This document shows positions 59,046 through 64,000 of a DNA stretch of 64,000 bases, piece by piece; within the stretch, counting starts at the first letter, position 1; every line of letters starts with the position of its first letter. The stretch is taken from positions 1 through 64,000 of the forward strand of contig CAXHJY010000751.1 of NCBI GenBank assembly GCA_964016885.1. Reading direction: 5' to 3'. The notes under the pieces were generated by a model. The model was not told the DNA's origin. It saw nothing but the letters and a program-made list of their open reading frames with translations, and did no database searches. The translations under genes and the position numbers were made by a program. Source of the DNA: Eledone cirrhosa. Taxonomy: Eukaryota.

Positions 59046-59392
59046 GGACAGTAGTAATAGTAATAATAGCAGTGGTAGTGGTGGTGGTGGCAGTAGAAAT
59101 AGTAATATTGGTAGTGGTAGTAGTAGTGGTGGTGGTGGTAGTAGTAGTAATAGTGGTGGTAGCAGTAGTAATAATAGTAGTGGCGGTAGTAGTAGTGGTC
59201 CTGGAAGTAGTAGTAATAGTGATAGTGGTGGTAGTATCAATAGTAATGGTGGTTGTAGTAGTTATAGTAGTAGTAGTGGTAGTAGTGCTAGTAGTAGTAG
59301 TAGCAGTAGTAATAGTAGTAGTACTACTACTACTAGTAGCAGTAGTAGTGGTAGTAATAGTGGTAGTGGTAGTAGTAGTAGTAGTAGTAGTA
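58970..59392. repeat. (AGT/GGT)n tract
   Basis: Directly visible. Confidence 0.92.
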
Positions 59393-59694
59393 ACATTTTC
59401 GCTCCGACATAGCTGCATACATAGAAGAAGGTAAACGTTGAATATCTAATGATATACGGTATGTTGAAGAATAAACATTTGGAAAGCCTTCTAGTTATGA
59501 ATATTGAAAGGCTGACTGTTAGCGCCGTCTAGCGGATTCTAGCAGAAGCAGCGGGGAACAACTGTCAATGTACATTTCTGGGTCTGGTCATCATTAGGAC
59601 AGTGAGTCCCCTGCTCCCTGCTGGGACATGCGAAAATATAGAATTTTTTTTCGCCTATGTAAAACCACCACCACCACCACACCACCACCATTTC

Positions 59695-60400
59695 AGTGGT
59701 GGTAGTGGTAGTTATAGTAGGAGTAGTGGTGGTTGTGGTGGTAATGGTGGTAGTGGTGGTAGTGGTAGTTATAGTAGGAGTAGTGGTGGTTGTGGTGGTA
59801 ATGGTGGTAGTGGTGGTAATGGTGGTAGTGGTGGTAATGGTGGTAGTGGTAGTTATAGTAGGAGTAGTGGTGGTTGTGGTGGTAGTGGTGGTAGTGGTGG
59901 TAATGGTGGTAGTGGTAGTTATAGTAGGAGTAGTGGTGGTTGTGGTGGTAATGGTGGTAGTGGTGGTAATGGTGGTAGTGGTAGGAGTAGTAGGAGTAGT
60001 AGGAGTAGTGGTAATGGTGGTAGTGGTAGTTATAGTAGGAGTAGTGGTGGTTGTGGTGGTAATGGTGGTAGTAGTGGTAGTTATAGTAGTAGTGGTGGTT
60101 GTGGTGGTAGTGGTGGTAATGGTGGTAGTGGTGGTAATGGTGGTAGTGGTAGTTATAGTAGGAGTGGTGGTAATGGTGGTAGTGGTGGTAATGGTGGTAG
60201 TGGTAGTTATAGTAGGAGTGGTGGTAGTGGTGGTAGTGGTAGTTATAGTAGGAGTAGTGGTGGTGGTGGTAGTGGTGGTTATAGTAGGAGTGGTGGTAGT
60301 GGTGGTAGTGGTAGTTATAGTAGGAGTAGTGGTAATGGTGGTAGTGGTGGTAGTGGTGGTAGTGGTAGTTATAGTAGGAGTAGTGGTGGTGGTAGTGGTG
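59695..60400. repeat. (GGT/AGT)-based minisatellite with AGTTATAGTAGGAGT motif
   Basis: Directly visible. Confidence 0.9.
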
Positions 60401-60764
60401 TTATATAATGCTCAATTTCTCTGCAGAAGTAACTACTGAGTAAATATTCTGAGTCACATGACCTACTATAATATAGACATGGATGGCAGTGTATCTACAG
60501 AAACACGTGTAAGACATAAGGCGATGTATCTTCATCTATGTTGTTTCGTAACTTTATATACCTATTAGACCACCCATTATCCCGTTGGGCCACGTTCACT
60601 TCAAAATATAAAAAAAAAAAATCAGGTTCACTAAAAAATAATGTTTAAATAATTAAAATAAACACAGACATCTAAACTATAATAAAGGAAGTCTGCGGGA
60701 CTGCGTACGGTTTAATTTTTTTTTATCCTGTTTGTAAAATAAGTTGGATTACTTTGAATAAATA

Positions 60765-60852
60765 ATTGTTTCTACTTTAGGCACAAGGCCAGCAATTACA
60801 CAGTGCATTACTGGTACTTTATTTTATCGACCCCATAAGGATGAAAGGCAAA
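60765..60852 (-). mobile_element. SINE 3' fragment
   Basis: Reverse complement of about 23162-23250. Confidence 0.78.
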
Positions 60853-61021
60853 AATGAATGAATATTACATAATTTATCTACTAAATTTCGTGGCTGTTCA
60901 TTAAATATATTTTGTTTATTTAAAGATTCACTTCTTTAACATTTATGAAATGTCAACACTTCCGGTTGGCGATCGCTTAAATAAACACTAATTTTCCGTC
61001 ACTAATTTTCTCCTAATGCAG

Positions 61022-61240
61022 TCTATATATAATATCGTCTTTTTTAATGTATCATGGATTACGTTACTGATTACATAAGACAATGTAACGCAGTCTTCGT
61101 TCAAATTCTGTGTATTATATATTGTCAATTACGATTTTATTTGATGTATCATATCTACATGTAGATATACTTGCGTATAATATCAATATACACACTACAC
61201 ATGTTAGCAGAAAACCACCCGGGGGTGGTTTTTCTGCTAG
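61022..61240 (+). mobile_element. Short non-autonomous Helitron
   Basis: 5' TCTATATATAA and 3' GCAGAAAACCACCC..GGGTGGTTTTTCTGCTAG|T, the same terminus as 15317-15349. Confidence 0.6.
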
Positions 61241-61843
61241 TGTATATAATGTGAAATGAAACTGGAAGGCTCATATATATATACGTGTGTGTATGTATAT
61301 ATATAAATGTGTGTATGTGTAAACATATATATATATATGTATGTGTGTGTGTATATATATATATATGGGTGTCTGTGATCTATATACACTGGTCAAAGAC
61401 TCACATACACATATATATATACACACACACACACTCACATATATACACAACACCACTATCAGCTCTCTTCCATTCTCCTTCTCTGTCTCCTCTCCCTCTC
61501 TCTATGTCTCTCTTTCAATCTACTCTCTCACAACCACTATCTCTTTCTCTCTATCTTTCTCTCTCTTTGTTTATGAAGGTACCCGGAAAACCCCCGTATC
61601 TCGGGACCCCGTGCTCCGATTTACGCGGAACTTGTTTTATTCCATTTGTATTCCCATTTCAGGGGCAACTTCCTTTCAAAGTATTTCCCCATTATGCGCC
61701 CTTTTGGCTGTGTTACATTACAGACAAGCAAGCAATCACAGACTTTTAGTAATATATAGATAGATTATGGCTAACAACAACACGGCGTTTCTCTTGTCAA
61801 ACTTTCCCCGTTCTCTTTCTTTTCTTATTCTCGTCTATCTTTC

Positions 61844-61907
<64 letters not shown>

Positions 61908-61913
61908 TCTCTC

Positions 61914-61953
61914 TATCTTCCGATGAAGGATTAATGTCTGAAACGTCAAGATA
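61914..61953 (+). ncRNA. Degenerate minimal hammerhead
   Basis: TATCTT-CCGATGA-AGGA TTAATG TCT-GAAACGTC-AAGATA has a perfect 6-bp stem I, but the core reads CCGA instead of CUGA. Confidence 0.6.
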
Positions 61954-62404
61954 CTTTTCCTTCTGTATCAAGCATTAAACTAATATATATCATCCTAGTA
62001 TTGCACTGTTCTCCTGTCTGACAGACAGACTAAGAGACAGACGGATAGACAAGTAGACATGCTGACAGACAGACAGACTGACATACAGACAGACAGACAG
62101 ATAGACAGACATACAGACAGACAGAGAGACAGACAGACAGACAGGTGGACGGACGGACGGAAAGGCAGATGGACAGATATTCAACAATACTATAGAAAAT
62201 AGATAATAGAAAAATTGAGAGATAAGATAGAATAATGAGAGAGGGGTGGGTTTAGGGAGAGAGAGACTGAAAAACAGAGAGGGGGAAGTGTAAGGAGGGA
62301 GAGGGGGAGGGAGAGGGGGAGGGAGAGGGAGGGAGAGGGAGGGAAATAGGAAACAAGAATAAAAGATGTATATCTTTAAAGTGAATAGACGTGACGTATG
62401 GTGA

Positions 62405-64000
62405 CGTGGTGGTGGTGGTGGTAGTAGTGGTGGTGGTGGTGGTGGTAGTGGTGGTAGTAGTGGTGGTGGTGGTGGTAGTAGTAATGGTGGTAGTAGTGGT
62501 GGTGGTGGTGGTAGTAGTGGTGGTAGTAGTGGTGGTGGTTGTGGTAGTGGTGGTAGTAGTGGTGGTGGTGGTGGTAGTGGTGGTAGTAGTAGTGGTGGTG
62601 GTGGTTGTGGTGGTGATGAAGATGGTGTTGTTGGAGGTGGTGACAGTGTCGGAGGTTATGATAATGGGAGGGGTTGTTGGTGGTGGTGTTGTTGTTGTTG
62701 CTGCTGCTGTTGGTGGTGGTGGTGTCGGTAGTGACAGCAGAGGATGGTGGTGTTGTTGTTGTTGTTGGTGTTGTTGTTGTTGGTGTCGGTAGTGACAGCA
62801 GAGGATGGTGGTGTTGTTGTTGTTGTTGGTGTTGTTGTTGTTGGTGTCGGTGGTGACAGCAGAGGATGGTGGTGGTGTTGTTGTTGTTGTTGTTGTTGGT
62901 GGTGGTGTTGTTGTTGTTGTTGGTGGTGGTGTTGTTGTTGTTGTTGTTGGTGGTGGTGGTGACAGCAGAAAATGGTGGTGGTGGTGTTGTTGTTGTTGTT
63001 GGTGGTGGTGACAGCAGAAAATGGTGGTGGTGGTGTTGTTGTTGTTGTTGTTGGTGGTGTTGTTGTTGTTGTTGGTGGTGGTGTTGTTGTTGGTGGTGGT
63101 GTTGTCGGTGGTGACAGCAGAGGATGGTGGTGGTGTTGTTGTTGGTGGTGGTGTTGTTGTTGTTGTTGGTGGTGGTGGTGTCGGTGGTGACAGCAGAGGA
63201 TGGTGGTGTTGTTGTTGGTGGTGGTGGTGTTGTTGGTGTTGGTGGTGGTGGTGGTGTCGTTAGTGACAGCAGAGGATGGTGGTGGTGTTGTTGTTGTTGT
63301 TGGTGGTGTCGGTAGTGACAGCAGAGGATGGTGGTGGTGTTGTTGTTGTTGGTGGTGTAGTTGTTGTTGTTGTTGGTGGTGGTGGTGTTGTTGTTGTTGT
63401 TGGTGGTGTTGTTGGTGGTGGTGGTGTTGTTGTTGTTGGTGGTGGTGTCGGTGGTGACAGCAGAGGATGGTGGTGTTGTTGTTGGTGGTGGTGTTGTTGT
63501 TGTTGGTGGTGGTGTCGGTAGTGACAGCAGAGGATGGTGGTGGTGTTGTTGTTGTTGGTGGTGTCGGTAGTGACAGCAGAGGATGGTGGTGTTGTTGTTG
63601 TTGTTGGTGGTGTAGTTGTTGTTGGTGGTGGTGTTGTTGTTGTTGTTGGTGGTGTCGGTAGTGACAGCAGAGGATGGTGGTGGTGTTGTTGTTGTTGGTG
63701 GTGTAGTTGTTGTTGGTGGTGGTGTTGTTGTTGTTGTTGTTGGTGGTGTTGTTGTTGTTGGTGGTGGTGTTGTTGTTGTTGGTGGTGTCGGTAGTGACAG
63801 CAGGGGATGGTGGTGGTGTTGTTGTTGTTGGTGGTGTAGTTGTTGTTGTTGTTGTTGTTGGTGGTGGTGGTGTTGTTGTTGTTGGTGGTGGTGGTGTTGT
63901 TGGTGGTGGTGTTGTTGTTGTTGTTGGTGGTGGTAGTGGTGACAGTGGTGACGGTAGGGTATGCTGGGTGCTAGTGTCTGTGGTGGTGGTAGTGGTGACA
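62405..64000. repeat. (GGT/GTT)n-based minisatellite with GGTGTCGGTAGTGACAGCAGAGGAT motif
   Basis: Directly visible. Confidence 0.92.

Noticed and set aside
57316-64000. MYVC, Gly/Ser and Val/Cys/Trp-rich ORFs
   Set aside because: Tetranucleotide and trinucleotide repeat artefacts.

Overview
Repeat-saturated, AT-rich animal genomic DNA with no confidently identifiable host gene. The SINE types and microsatellite load suggest a cephalopod such as Octopus, but this is an inference. Most ORFs in the supplied track are artefacts of simple repeats. The window holds four decayed protein-coding retroelements: a Penelope-like element (PLE) with a GIY-YIG endonuclease missed by the ORF track, a Tx1/L1-type LINE sitting in (TTA)n, an RTE-type LINE with three C-terminal C2H2 fingers, and a short LINE 3' remnant. 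Non-coding mobile elements include RTE-derived non-autonomous elements sharing the RTE 3' tail, many tRNA-derived SINE copies and stacked non-autonomous Helitrons. A 20.5-kb satellite of 21/24-bp units occupies about 33.7-54.3 kb. The most notable hidden signal is about 11 intact or degenerate hammerhead-ribozyme motifs from several sequence families. They lie in short PLE/retrozyme-like cassettes mostly in or beside (TA)n tracts, and several are folded back into palindromes at the ribozyme core.
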